Assembly: GCA_964036045.1 (NCBI GenBank)
Contig: OZ038378.1
Coordinates: 200,446,001 to 200,510,000 of the forward strand
Origin: Eutreptiella sp. 'Long Island Sound 2002'
Taxonomy: Eukaryota > Protista > Euglenida
DNA length: 64,000 bases
Reading direction: 5' to 3'
Part shown: piece after piece, positions 51,479 to 63,400 of the stretch
How positions within the stretch are numbered: position 1 is the stretch's first letter
Layout: each line of letters opens with the position of its first letter
Program-made: the position numbers and the translations under genes
Notes under the pieces: model-generated
What the model saw: only the letters and a program-made list of their open reading frames with translations
What the model was told of the DNA's origin: nothing
Databases searched by the model: none

Positions 51479-53389
51479 GCTGCCACCCTCCTTCATAATC
51501 CATAACCAACCGCAAGCAGGCACACAAGCACACAGGGCAGCTCGTGGTTGCAGCCGGCCACAGGAAGGTGAGATGTATACATTAGGTCTCAACAGCAGTT
51601 TCTTCCACTCAACCACCGAAAAATGCAACATTGGTTGTGTGCCGCTACATGAATACATTTTGATGTCTGTTTGAACGAGCCTACTTGCCAAGGTTCATGC
51701 AAGCCTGGGTATCAGCCTGGGTATGAGTTAGAATTGCCATGGAAAACATCATGTTGTCAAACAGACGTCTGGGCCTCAGCAAAATTGTTGGAATCAGGTT
51801 TGCACAGCAAAGCAATCCTGAATATAATGGTTGTGCTGGCTACCAACCAACGAAAGTACCAGTTGATCTAGTTTGACCAGTGCCACTTGGTGGTACATTG
51901 CATGTGAAGTTCAATGCGGAAGTTCCTGCATTGCACATACAGGGAGGCGAGCATACGTGCCGCTGGGCTGTCAGCCAAGTTGATGAGACCTGGAGACTTG
52001 GCTGGTGTTTTAGACCCTTGGAGTTTCATGGGTGTGATAGAAATATGGCTGCCGAAAGGGGGGGGGGGGGCGCACTTGGGCAGCAGGTTTGGCGGCACTC
52101 TTGGTTGAGGATTTGACAAGAGGTTTGGCAGCTTTGGGAGCAGGCTTGGCACGGGGCTTGGCAGGGAGCTACAGCCCCTGTGGCAAGCACAATCTTGGCA
52201 AGCACAATACTGCCCCCGGAACATTGGGAATTGAGAATAGCACAAGCTGGGGAGGAAAATAAAGTGGCTACATAACCCCTACCATCTTGGGGGCCCGAAT
52301 GTGGCTGATGGGGCTACATGACCCTTGTTGTCTCGGGGGCCTCCGGAAAGGAGGATAAAATCGAACTGGCTGCAAAACACATGCCATCATGGGGTCCCCG
52401 GAGCAGGGACCAATCCAATGTCAATAGGATCAACATCCAAGGCTGAGATTGCGAAACACTGAAGTGTTCTGCATGACACAGGGTACGGTGGGGGGCCTTG
52501 GATGCAAAAAATCTGAAGTACACAGCAATGCACCAGTAATACCACCTTGTCCAACCAGCAAACGCACAGGATAAGCTCAGTATCCGACCTTCCGAGTAAA
52601 TTTGTGAAACAGGAAATAAAGTTTCCCTCGCCCCCCCCCCCTCCCCGCTTACTATGAAAGGTATGCAAGGGCGATTACTATGCAAGGGGGGGCGGGGGTC
52701 ATGGCTGAAAATCACATCAAAACAAACAGCAATGCTTTGCGGTACCAAGCATAATATTGGTTTGAGTGTATGATCCACAAAATGAGCCAGGAACTGCCTG
52801 TTGGGATGCATGTTCAGCTCTGCTCAGAAACCGGCTCTGTGTGCCACTTTTTCTGGAGGGAGTATTTGACTCTGAAGAGCTGAACAGCCATGTGGCAGCC
52901 AAGCCTGCAGCTCAAGAGCCCCTTCCTGTGGCCGATGTTGAGCATTTGCAGCTCTTCAGAGTCAAATGTTCCCCCCACAAAAAATGGCAACTTTTATTCC
53001 TGGTCATCTGTGCTGCCACCCTCCTTCATAATCCATAACCAACCGCAAGCAGGCACACAAGCACACAGGGCAGCTCGTGGTTGCAGCCGGCCACAGGAAG
53101 TTGAGATGTATACATTTGGTCTCAGCAGCAGTTTCTTCCACTCAACCACCGAAAAATGCAACATTGGTTGTGTGCCGCTACATGAATACATTTTGATGTC
53201 TGTTTGAACGAGCCTACTTGCCAAGGTTCATGCAAGCCTGGGTATCAGCCTGGGTATGAGTTAGAATTGCCATGGAAAACATCATGTTGTCAAACAGACG
53301 TCTGGGCCTCAGCAAAATTGTTGGAATCAGTTTTGCACAGCAAAGCAATCCTGAATACAATGGTTGTGCTGGCTGCCAACCAACGAAAG
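51479..53389. repeat. Head-to-tail repeat with period 1533 bp (1.25 copies)
   Basis: 51479-51856 recurs at 53012-53389; the unit reappears at 59107-60645 and 62572-64000. Confidence 0.9.
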
Positions 53390-53507
53390 CACTTGTTCAT
53401 GGATGCACATACACATCTACGGTTCTCTGGCTACGAGATCAAGCAAGCGGGAGGGCAGCCTAGTGCTGGGTCAGGGTGTACGGGGCCCACAGGGAGGTTT
53501 CTGGTGG

Positions 53508-53895
53508 CGTGCTGCAGCGGCTGTGCAGCCAGTTGCAGCCCTGAAGACCCGAGTTCGATTCCTCTTCCGCAGGCAAGCGGAAGAGGAATATGAGGAGGAC
53601 ATGCGCCGCCCGGCGGACGGCGGTAGCAGTGACGGGGCGCGCTGCTGCAGGTGTGCCGTGCCTGGTGCCTTGTTTTTGCGTGTGTCGGGGGCAAGGGATG
53701 GGGCAGGAGTCGGGAAAAAGACGGAGGAGACACGCCACCCGACGCACCGGCGGTACCGGTGGTGGAGCGGGATGCTGAAGGGGGTGGTGGCGGGGGCCTC
53801 GCCAACGGGCCCCTGGACGGACAGACGAACCGGGGTTCGAACCCCCGACCACGACGAGCGCCAGCCATGGCGCATACCACTAGACCGTCCATGCC
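53508..53895 (-). mobile_element. tRNA-derived SINE-like repeat, copy 2
   Basis: CGGTCTAGTGG and GGTTCGAACCC boxes; collinear with 48840-49208. Confidence 0.6.
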
Positions 53896-54300
53896 TCTTA
53901 CCCTATCTGACACAAAAATTGTTTATAGAGTCTGGACCTTTTTAGGGGTTCGAACCCGACCACTTCTGTCTGTAGGGGGGGGGGGGGGTCCCAGACGGGT
54001 GTGTGACGAGGGAACCGATCAGGCATCCAGAGTCCCAGCCCGAGGTCGTGCGCCCCCGTAACGTGTGGCCAGAAGGCAGTTCTGGATATGTGCCTGCAGT
54101 GAGTACTGATGCATGGTAGTGCAGCAGGTACTACCACGCCGAAGCATTCCAGAAACGTGGAGGCTCGCAAATTCATCAATTATTCAGCGATAGGTCGAAA
54201 TCAGGGTAAAACAAGAAACTCAAACTGGGCAAAGACCAAAAGAGGCCCGGTAGAAAATCCGACAGAACTCAGAGACAATGGGGCCGCCTCGTCCTTCGCC

Positions 54301-54376
54301 TCCACAACGGGCATCGAACCTACGCCCGCGTGACGAGACCCCCGTGCACTTCCAGTATGCTACACTATCGATGTGC
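54301..54376 (-). pseudogene. tRNA-like Pol III head (degenerate)
   Basis: B-box GGTTCGATGCC with an upstream A-box-like segment; stems do not form a clean cloverleaf. Confidence 0.45.
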
Positions 54377-54664
54377 TGAGAAACCCCACCGAAACCACCA
54401 TCTATGGGCGACAGGCAAACCTCGGGGGGCAGACGAAATACTCGAAACCAACCCCACACCAACATCAACACGCTCATCGGGCGGCCTGCGCCGTCGCCTC
54501 CACGAGCCGCGGAGACACGGCGCACTGCAGGGCCGGGCCCCCGTGCACTTTCAGGTATGCTCCCATCCCTGGATTGACCCCAACAATAAATAATCCTCCT
54601 AGATGGTACCCAATTGTTCATTGACGCAACACAAGAACTACTCATAGCGAGCCGCCACAAGTCA

Positions 54665-54738
54665 TCCCGCTCCGGGCATCGAACCCCCGACCACTGCCGT
54701 CAGGGCCGCAGATGATACCAATGTACTATACCGAAGAC
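54665..54738 (-). pseudogene. tRNA-like Pol III head (degenerate)
   Basis: TAGTACATTGG and GGTTCGATGCC at tRNA-like spacing; imperfect anticodon stem. Confidence 0.45.
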
Positions 54739-54961
54739 ACTCAGTGTCTGCCATTCCAAATACACGACACGGTCACGCATCACCGAGACAGCCACAGGGG
54801 TCGCTTCATACTCAGACCAGCCCTCCCCTTGGTACCTGCCCATCATATTACATAGGAAGCATTATTTCGCCCCAAACTCAGGAGTGCGTGCCTAACATTG
54901 GGTGTCTGCAGGGTGGGGGTGGGGGTCCCAGGCAGGTGTGTGTATTCCAGATTGTGCACCC

Positions 54962-55797
54962 AGCGAGCCTACTTGCCAAGGTTCATGCAAGCCTGGGTAT
55001 CTCCTTGGATGCAACAGACACCTGTTGTTTTCTCAAAGCAGGATGTGCATGCCTGGTTCGCAGGTGAAAGGCGGATCTCAGAAGCCTTTCGCCTGTCATG
55101 TACAATGGCACAAATTCCACAAATGGTCTGCACTGCACGTGAACTGTGTGCCACCACTGGCTCACAGTGCACAGCGTTCCACTCCCAGGTGGCCTTTGGT
55201 TGGTGGGTGCAGACGCTGTAAACTGGCCCATACGCTGACATGCGCACCGTGGCCAGTTGCACGCCAAAAAGCCACGGCCGCACATGCAGTTTACAGCAGT
55301 GCAGGAACAACCTGAAATTGCGAAAAACGAACTGTTCCACTTAATACATAGAGAAATGTATTTCCTTGGATGCAACAGACACATTTGGGCAAAGTCAGAT
55401 GACAAATGCACTGGAGTGCTGGAGTGCACATCTCCATTGGTCGCTGGGGAGGTAACCTGTGTACACCAAGGGCACCTCGAAAGGTTTGCCATTGATGTAC
55501 AGGATTTCACAACTTCGCAATGTCCCTGGCTGGGTAGCCTCCTGTGCAGCTAAGCGTTTGTGGGTCAGTAGCTTTGTGGTCAGGCTCTGGATACAAAGGG
55601 GCCTCTGATGCACTATCAGAACTTGCAATGCTATCAAAAGCAGTCCATGCAGCTGCCTCGGTCGGAAACACATCTGCAATAGAATGAGAACTGGGTTTCT
55701 TATCAGTCTGCCACTCGATTGTGCAACCAGAGCCCTCCACCGCGAGCACCTTACCCCAATGCAAATGACCCTTGTCCCCTGAAGGCAAGTGGTGCTT
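54962..55797. repeat. Partial third copy of the 3465-bp unit
   Basis: Matches about 60608-61441; truncated where the GGGGG-ended transposon relic begins. Confidence 0.88.
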
Positions 55798-56500
55798 GGG
55801 GGAATGTTTGCCCGGCGCGCGCCCGGCGCGCTACTTTTCTATTAACTATCCCGACTTCAGCCCCAGATTTACCCTCCCATGGAGAAGCCCCCCAAGTAGA
55901 CCACGTTGCACTGCACACCTTCCCTACAAAGCACGTTGCAAAATAAAGCAATATCTGTGACTTCAACCACTCCAAATGTCATTTGTGTTGCACTTAACAA
56001 ACAACATTGGTCCCACAAGTGTGGGTGTCAATACATTCATTACAATAGTGCTCCTTACACTCATCACAAACTGCGACGGTGGAGCGCCTTTGGCAACACA
56101 AAACACACACTTCCGCCTCATCCTCTGCCTCATCTTGCGTGGCGGCCGAGTTGCTTTGGTCAGTCCAAACCTGAGGCGGGACATGCTCCCATGGTCCGTA
56201 GGGGGGGTGACGGACTTGCCTCCGGATGCAAAACTGAGTGAAATGCAACCAAATTCGGACTGACTGGTGCAACTCATTGGGGCCGCCACGCCAGATGTTC
56301 CTAACCAAACCCCAATGCCACAACCGAGCAAACAGCTGCTCAATGCGTGCCCTGTACCACCCATGGACATCGTTGTAACCTTGTTGGCGGGCTGTCAAAG
56401 TGCCATTCTTTCTTCCAATGAATGGCACAATGGGTATGAAAGCTCGAGGCAGGGATCTTCAAGTGCCGGTATCGGCGAATTGGACACAAACAACAACACA
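55798..56500 (-). mobile_element. PIF/Harbinger-like transposon end with a transposase C-terminal ORF and B-box-like tail
   Basis: GGGGG terminus interrupting repeat sequence at 55798; FADTG*..PF..LTARQQGYNDVHGWYRARIEQLFARLW fits the second-Asp and Glu region of DDE_Tnp_4; Cys/His cluster at 56015-56107. Confidence 0.75.
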
Positions 56501-56501
56501 A

Positions 56502-57479
56502 GCAACAAAGCGTGGATTCAAAGATTGTTCCGGTTTCCTCAATAGCACCGGACGGTTGGGGCCCAAAAGAGGGCGGAAATGCTACATCACCCCTGCATTC
56601 TCGGGGGTCCCCAACAAAGGGAACAAAATCAAAACTCAAAACCTACGCCGGGGGTCACCATGATGCACCACGCAACAACGCGTGGATTCAAAGATTGTTC
56701 CGGTTTCCTCAATAGCACCGGACGGTTGGGGCCCAAAAGAGGGCGGAAATGCTACATCACCCCTGCATTCTCGGGGGTCCCCAACAAAGGGAACAAAATC
56801 ATAACTCAAAACCTACGCCAGGGGTCACCATGATGCACCACGCAACAAAGCGTGGATTCAAAGATTGTCCCGGTTTCCTCGATAGCACCGGACGGTTGGG
56901 GCCCAAAAGAGGGCGGAAATGCTACATCACCCCTGCATTCTCGGGGGTCCTCAACAAAGGGAACAAAATCCAAACTCAAAACCTACGCCGGGGGTCACCA
57001 TGATGCACCACGCAACAAAGCGTGGATTCAAAGATTGTCCCGGTTTCCTCAATAGCACCGGACGGTTGGGGCCCAAAAGAGGGCGGAAATGCTACATCAC
57101 CCCTGCATTCTCGGGGGTCCCCAACAAAGGGAACAAAATCAAAACTCAAAACCTACGCCGGGGGTCACCATGATGCACCACGCAACAAAGCGTGGATTCA
57201 AAGATTGTCCCGGTTTCCTCAATAGCACCGGACGGTTGGGGCCCAAAAGAGGGCGGAAATGCTACATCACCCCTGCATTCTCGGGGGTCCCCAACAAAGG
57301 GAACAAAATCAAAACTCAAAACCTACGCCGGGGGTCACCATGATGCACCACGCAACAAAGCGTGGATTCAAAGATTGTCCCGGTTTCCTCAATAGCACCG
57401 GACGGTTGGGGCCCAAAAGAGGGCGGAAATGCTACATCACCCCTGCATTCTCGGGGGTCCCCAACAAAGGGAACAAAAT
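56502..57479. repeat. 170-bp tandem array, 5.75 near-identical copies
   Basis: CGTGGATTCA recurs at 56511, 56681, 56851, 57021, 57191 and 57361. Confidence 0.97.
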
Positions 57480-60400
57480 GCAGGAACAACCTGAAATTGC
57501 GAAAAACGAACTGTTCCACTTAATACATAGAGAAACGTATTTCCTTGGATGCAACAGACACATTTGGGCAAAGTCAGATGACAAATGCACTGGAGTGCTG
57601 GAGTGCACATCTCCATTGGTCGCTGGGGAGGTAACCTGTGTACACCAAGGGCACCTCGAAAGGTTTGCCATTGATGTACAGGATTTCACAACTTCGCAAT
57701 GTCCCTGGCTGGGTAGCCTCCTGTGCAGCTAAGCGTTTGTGGGTCAGTAGCTTTGTGGTCAGGCTCTGGATACAAAGGGGCCTCTGATGCACTATCAGAA
57801 CTTGCAATGCTATCAAAAGCAGTCCATGCAGCTGCCTCGGTCGGAAACACATCTGCAATAGAATGAGAACTGGGTTTCTTATCAGTCTGCCACTCGATTG
57901 TGCAACCAGAGCCCTCCACCGCGAGCACCTTACCCCAATGCAAATGACCCTTGTCCCCTGAAGGCAAGTGGTGCTTGAACACAGCACACACTTTGCCGCC
58001 CTTTGAGGCTGTGCGATGCAATTACTTGGGCACTGACTTGACTGATGGACTGCGCAACGGTGCATTTGTGCTGTTATTGTGGCAAACAAATGCTTCAACA
58101 GTGCCTGAACCTTCGCTCTAGGCGGTTGGACATATTCCAAAGGGACCAAACCTTGGCACTTTCTGCCCCCCACTTTGACCTGTACCCAACGAAATGTTGC
58201 GGGGAATCCATACATTTCTGCAACCCACAGTTGGGTGTTCACCCGGACGGAGGCATCAGAAGGGGCAAAAAAACAGCTTGGACCCTGCTTTGGCCCATAC
58301 AACCTGCAGTTCATTGTCCTCCCCAGAATGGTGCCAATCGGAACAACCAATATAGAAAGAAAAGGTATTATCCAGTGTCCCAAAGTAAATGATACACATC
58401 TTAGAGTGACGCCTCCAAATCAGGTGTCCTGAGGGAGCCGCTGCACGGTGCGCGCACGGTGCGCAAAAGGCTACAGGGGTGTACAGCAAACGCCTCAGTT
58501 TCCTGCTGAAATCCAACATCGCGAAGTTTTGACTCGAAATCACGAAGTTGAATCATCAAGTGGCAAATCGGGAGGAATTGGTCGGCGAGAACCAAGACAT
58601 GTGAGAGGGTTCCATTGCTGTGCGCACCGTGCGCGCACCGTGCGGCCACTCCCTCCCTAGAATGGCTGTACATGCAGTTCACAGCAGTGTAGGAACAACC
58701 TGAAACTGCGAAAAACGAACTGTTTCGCGTAACACATAGAGAAATGTATTTCCTTGGATGCAACAGACACCTGTTGTTTTCTCAAAGCAGGATGTGCATG
58801 CCTGGTTCGCAGGTGAAAGGCGGATCTCAGAAGCCTTTCGCCTGTCATGTACAATGGCACAAATTCCACAAATGGTCTGCACTGCACGTGAACTGTGTGC
58901 CACCACTGGCTCACAGTGCACAGCGTTCCACTCCCAGATGGCCTTTGGTTGGTGGGTGCAGACGCTGTAAACTGGCCCATACGCTGACATGCACACCGTA
59001 GCCAGTTGCATGCCAAAGAGCCATGGCTGTACATGCAGTTTACAGCAGTGTAGGAACAACCTGAAATTGCGAAAAATGAACTGTTCCGCGTAACACATAG
59101 AGAAATGTATCAGCCTGGGTATGAGTTAGAATTGCCATGGAAAACATCATGTTGTCAAACAGACGTCTGGGCCTCAGCAAAATTGTTGGAATCAGGTTTG
59201 CACAGCAAAGCAATCCTGAATATAATGGTTGTGCTGGCTGCCAACCAACGAAAGGACCAGTTGATCTAGTTTGACCAGTGCCACTTGGTGGTACATTGCA
59301 TGTGAAGTTCAATGCGGAAGTTCCTGCATTGCACATACAGGGAGGCGAGCATACATGCCGCTGGGCTGTCAGCCAAGTTGATGAGACCTGGAGACTTGGC
59401 TGGTGTTTTAGACCCTTGGAGTTTCATGGGTGTGATAGAAATATGGCTGCCGAAAGGGGGGGGGGGGGGCGCACTTGGGCAGCAGGTTTGGCGGCACTCT
59501 TGGTTGAGGATTTGACAAGAGGTTTGGCAGCTTTGGGAGCAGGCTTGGCACGGGGCTTGGCAGGGAGCTACAGCCCCTGTGGCAAGCACAATCTTGGCAA
59601 GCACAATACTGCCCCCGGAACATTGGGAATTGAGAACAGCACAAGCTGGGGAGGAAAATAAAGTGGCTACATAACCCCTACCATCTTGGGGGCCCGAATG
59701 TGGCTGATGGGGCTACATGACCCTTGTTGTCTCGGGGGCCTCCGGAAAGGAGGATAAAATCGAACTGGCTGCAAAACGCATGCCATCGTGGGGTCCCCGG
59801 AGCAGGGACCAATCCAATGTCAATAGGATCAACATCCAAGGCTGAGATTGCGAAACACTGAAGTGTTCTGCATGACACAGGGTACGGTGGAGGGCCTTGG
59901 ATGCAAAAAATCTGAAGTACACAGCAATGCACCAGTAATACCACCTTGTCCAGCCAGCAAACGCACAGGATAAGCTCAGTATCCGACCTTCCGAGTAAAT
60001 TTGTGAAACAGGAAATAAAGTTTCCCTCGCCCCCCCCCCCTCCCCGCTTACTATGAAAGGTATGCAAGGGCGATTACTATGCAAGGGGGGGCGGGGGTCA
60101 TGGCTGAAAATCACATCAAAACAAACAGCAGTGCTTTGCGGTACCAAGCATAATATTGGTTTAAGTGTATGATCCACAAAATGAGCCAGGAACTGCCTGT
60201 TGGGATGCATGTTCAGCTCTGCTCAGAAACCGGCTCTGTGTGCCACTTTTTCTGGAGGGAGTATTTGACTCTGAAGAGCTGAACAGCCATGTGGCAGCCA
60301 AGCCTGCAGCTCAAGAGCCCCTTCCTGTGGCCGATGTTGAGCATTTGCAGCTCTTCAGAGTCAAATGTTCCCCCCACAAAAAATGGCAACTTTTATTCCT

Positions 60401-63400
60401 GGTCATCTGTGCTGCCACCCTCCTTCATAATCCATAACCAACCGCAAGCAGGCACACAAGCACACAGGGCAGCTCGTGGTTGCAGCCGGCCACAGGAAGT
60501 TGAGATGTATACATTTGGTCTCAGCAGCAGTTTCTTCCACTCAACCACCGAAAAATGCAACATTGGTTGTGTGCCGCTACATGAATACATTTTGATGTCT
60601 GTTTGAACGAGCCTACTTGCCAAGGTTCATGCAAGCCTGGGTATCTCCTTGGATGCAACAGACTCCTGTTGTTTTCTCAAAGCAGGATGTGCATGCCTGG
60701 TTCGCAGGTGAAAGGCGGATCTCAGAAGCCTTTCGCCTGTCATGTACAATGGCACAAATTCCACAAATGGTCTGCACTGCACGTGAACTGTGTGCCACCA
60801 CTGGCTCACAGTGCACAGCGTTCCACTCCCAGATGGCCTTTGGTTGGTGGGTGCAGACGCTGTAAACTGGCCCATACGCTGACATGCGCACCGTGGCCAG
60901 TTGCACGCCAAAAAGCCACGGCCGCACATGCAGTTCACAGCAGTGCAGGAACAACCTGAAATTGCGAAAAACGAACTGTTCCACTTAATACATAGAGAAA
61001 CGTATTTCCTTGGATGCAACAGACACATTTGGGCAAAGTCAGATGACAAATGCACTGGAGTGCTGGAGTGCACATCTCCATTGGTCGCTGGGGAGGTAAC
61101 CTGTGTACACCAAGGGCACCTCGAAAGGTTTGCCATTGATGTACAGGATTTCACAACTTCGCAATGTCCCTGGCTGGGTAGCCTCCTGTGCAGCTAAGCG
61201 TTTGTGGGTCAGTAGCTTTGTGGTCAGGCTCTGGATACAAAGGGGCCTCTGATGCACTATCAGAACTTGCAATGCTATCAAAAGCAGTCCATGCAGCTGC
61301 CTCGGTCGGAAACACATCTGCAATAGAATGAGAACTGGGTTTCTTATCAGTCTGCCACTCGATTGTGCAACCAGAGCCCTCCACCGCGAGCACCTTACCC
61401 CAATGCAAATGACCCTTGTCCCCTGAAGGCAAGTGGTGCTTGAACACAGCACACACTTTGCCGCCCTTTGAGGCTGTGCGATGCAATTACTTGGGCACTG
61501 ACTTGACTGATGGACTGCGCAACGGTGCATTTGTGCTGTTATTGTGGCAAACAAATGCTTCAACAGTGCCTGAACCTTCGCTCTAGGCGGTTGGACATAT
61601 TCCAAAGGGACCAAACCTTGGCACTTTCTGCCCCCCACTTTGACCTGTACCCAACGAAATGTTGCGGGGAATCCATACATTTCTGCAACCCACAGTTGGG
61701 TGTTCACCCGGACGGAGGCATCAGAAGGGGCAAAAAAACAGCTTGGACCCTGCTTTGGCCCATACAACCTGCAGTTCATTGTCCTCCCCAGAATGGTGCC
61801 AATCGGAACAACCAATATAGAAAGAAAAGGTATTATCCAGTGTCCCAAAGTAAATGATACACATCTTAGAGTGACGCCTCCAAATCAGGTGTCCTGAGGG
61901 AGCCGCTGCACGGTGCGCGCACGGTGCGCAAAAGGCTACAGGGGTGTACAGCAAACGCCTCAGTTTCCTGCTGAAATCCAACATCGCGAAGTTTTGACTC
62001 GAAATCACGAAGTTGAATCATCAAGTGGCAAATCGGGAGGAATTGGTCGGCGAGAACCAAGACATGTGAGAGGGTTCCATTGCTGTGCGCACCGTGCGCG
62101 CACCGTGCGGCCACTCCCTCCCTAGAATGGCTGTACATGCAGTTCACAGCAGTGTAGGAACAACCTGAAACTGCGAAAAACGAACTGTTTCGCGTAACAC
62201 ATAGAGAAATGTATTTCCTTGGATGCAACAGACACCTGTTGTTTTCTCAAAGCAGGATGTGCATGCCTGGTTCGCAGGTGAAAGGCGGATCTCAGAAGCC
62301 TTTCGCCTGTCATGTACAATGGCACAAATTCCACAAATGGTCTGCACTGCACGTGAACTGTGTGCCACCACTGGCTCACAGTGCACAGCGTTCCACTCCC
62401 AGATGGCCTTTGGTTGGTGGGTGCAGACGCTGTAAACTGGCCCATACGCTGACATGCACACCGTAGCCAGTTGCATGCCAAAGAGCCATGGCTGTACATG
62501 CAGTTTACAGCAGTGTAGGAACAACCTGAAATTGCGAAAAATGAACTGTTCCGCGTAACACATAGAGAAATGTATCAGCCTGGGTATGAGTTAGAATTGC
62601 CATGGAAAACATCATGTTGTCAAACAGACGTCTGGGCCTCAGCAAAATTGTTGGAATCAGGTTTGCACAGCAAAGCAATCCTGAATATAATGGTTGTGCT
62701 GGCTGCCAACCAACGAAAGGACCAGTTGATCTAGTTTGACCAGTGCCACTGGTGGTACATTGCATGTGAAGTTCAATGCGGAAGTTCCTGCATTGCACAT
62801 ACAGGGAGGCGAGCATACGTGCCGCTGGGCTGTCAGCCAAGTTGATGAGACCTGGAGACTTGGCTGGTGTTTTAGACCCTTGGAGTTTCATGGGTGTGAT
62901 AGAAATATGGCTGCCGAAAGGGGGGGGGGGGGGCACTTGGGCAGCAGGTTTGGCGGCACTCTTGGTTGAGGATTTGACAAGAGGTTTGGCAGCTTTGGGA
63001 GCAGGCTTGGCACGGGGCTTGGCAGGGAGCTACAGCCCCTGTGGCAAGCACAATCTTGGCAAGCACAATACTGCCCCCGGAACATTGGGAATTGAGAACA
63101 GCACAAGCTGGGGAGGAAAATAAAGTGGCTACATAACCCCTACCATCTTGGGGGCCCGAATGTGGCTGATGGGGCTACATGACCCTTGTTGTCTCGGGGG
63201 CCTCCGGAAAGGAGGATAAAATCGAACTGGCTGCAAAACGCATGCCATCGTGGGGTCCCCGGAGCAGGGACCAATCCAATGTCAATAGGATCAACATCCA
63301 AGGCTGAGATTGCGAAACACTGAAGTGTTCTGCATGACACAGGGTACGGTGGAGGGCCTTGGATGCAAAAAATCTGAAGTACACAGCAATGCACCAGTAA

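Noticed and set aside
53820-54740. Functional tRNA genes
   Set aside because: A and B boxes are present, but the acceptor and anticodon stems do not pair cleanly; treated as SINE-like heads.
54725-54750. CTGAGTGTCT resembling part of a euglenid spliced leader
   Set aside because: The match is about 10 nt, lies in a small hairpin, and lacks the rest of the leader and a donor site.
56502-57479. CRISPR-like array
   Set aside because: Whole 170-bp units are repeated with no unique spacers, there are no cas genes, and the context is eukaryotic.
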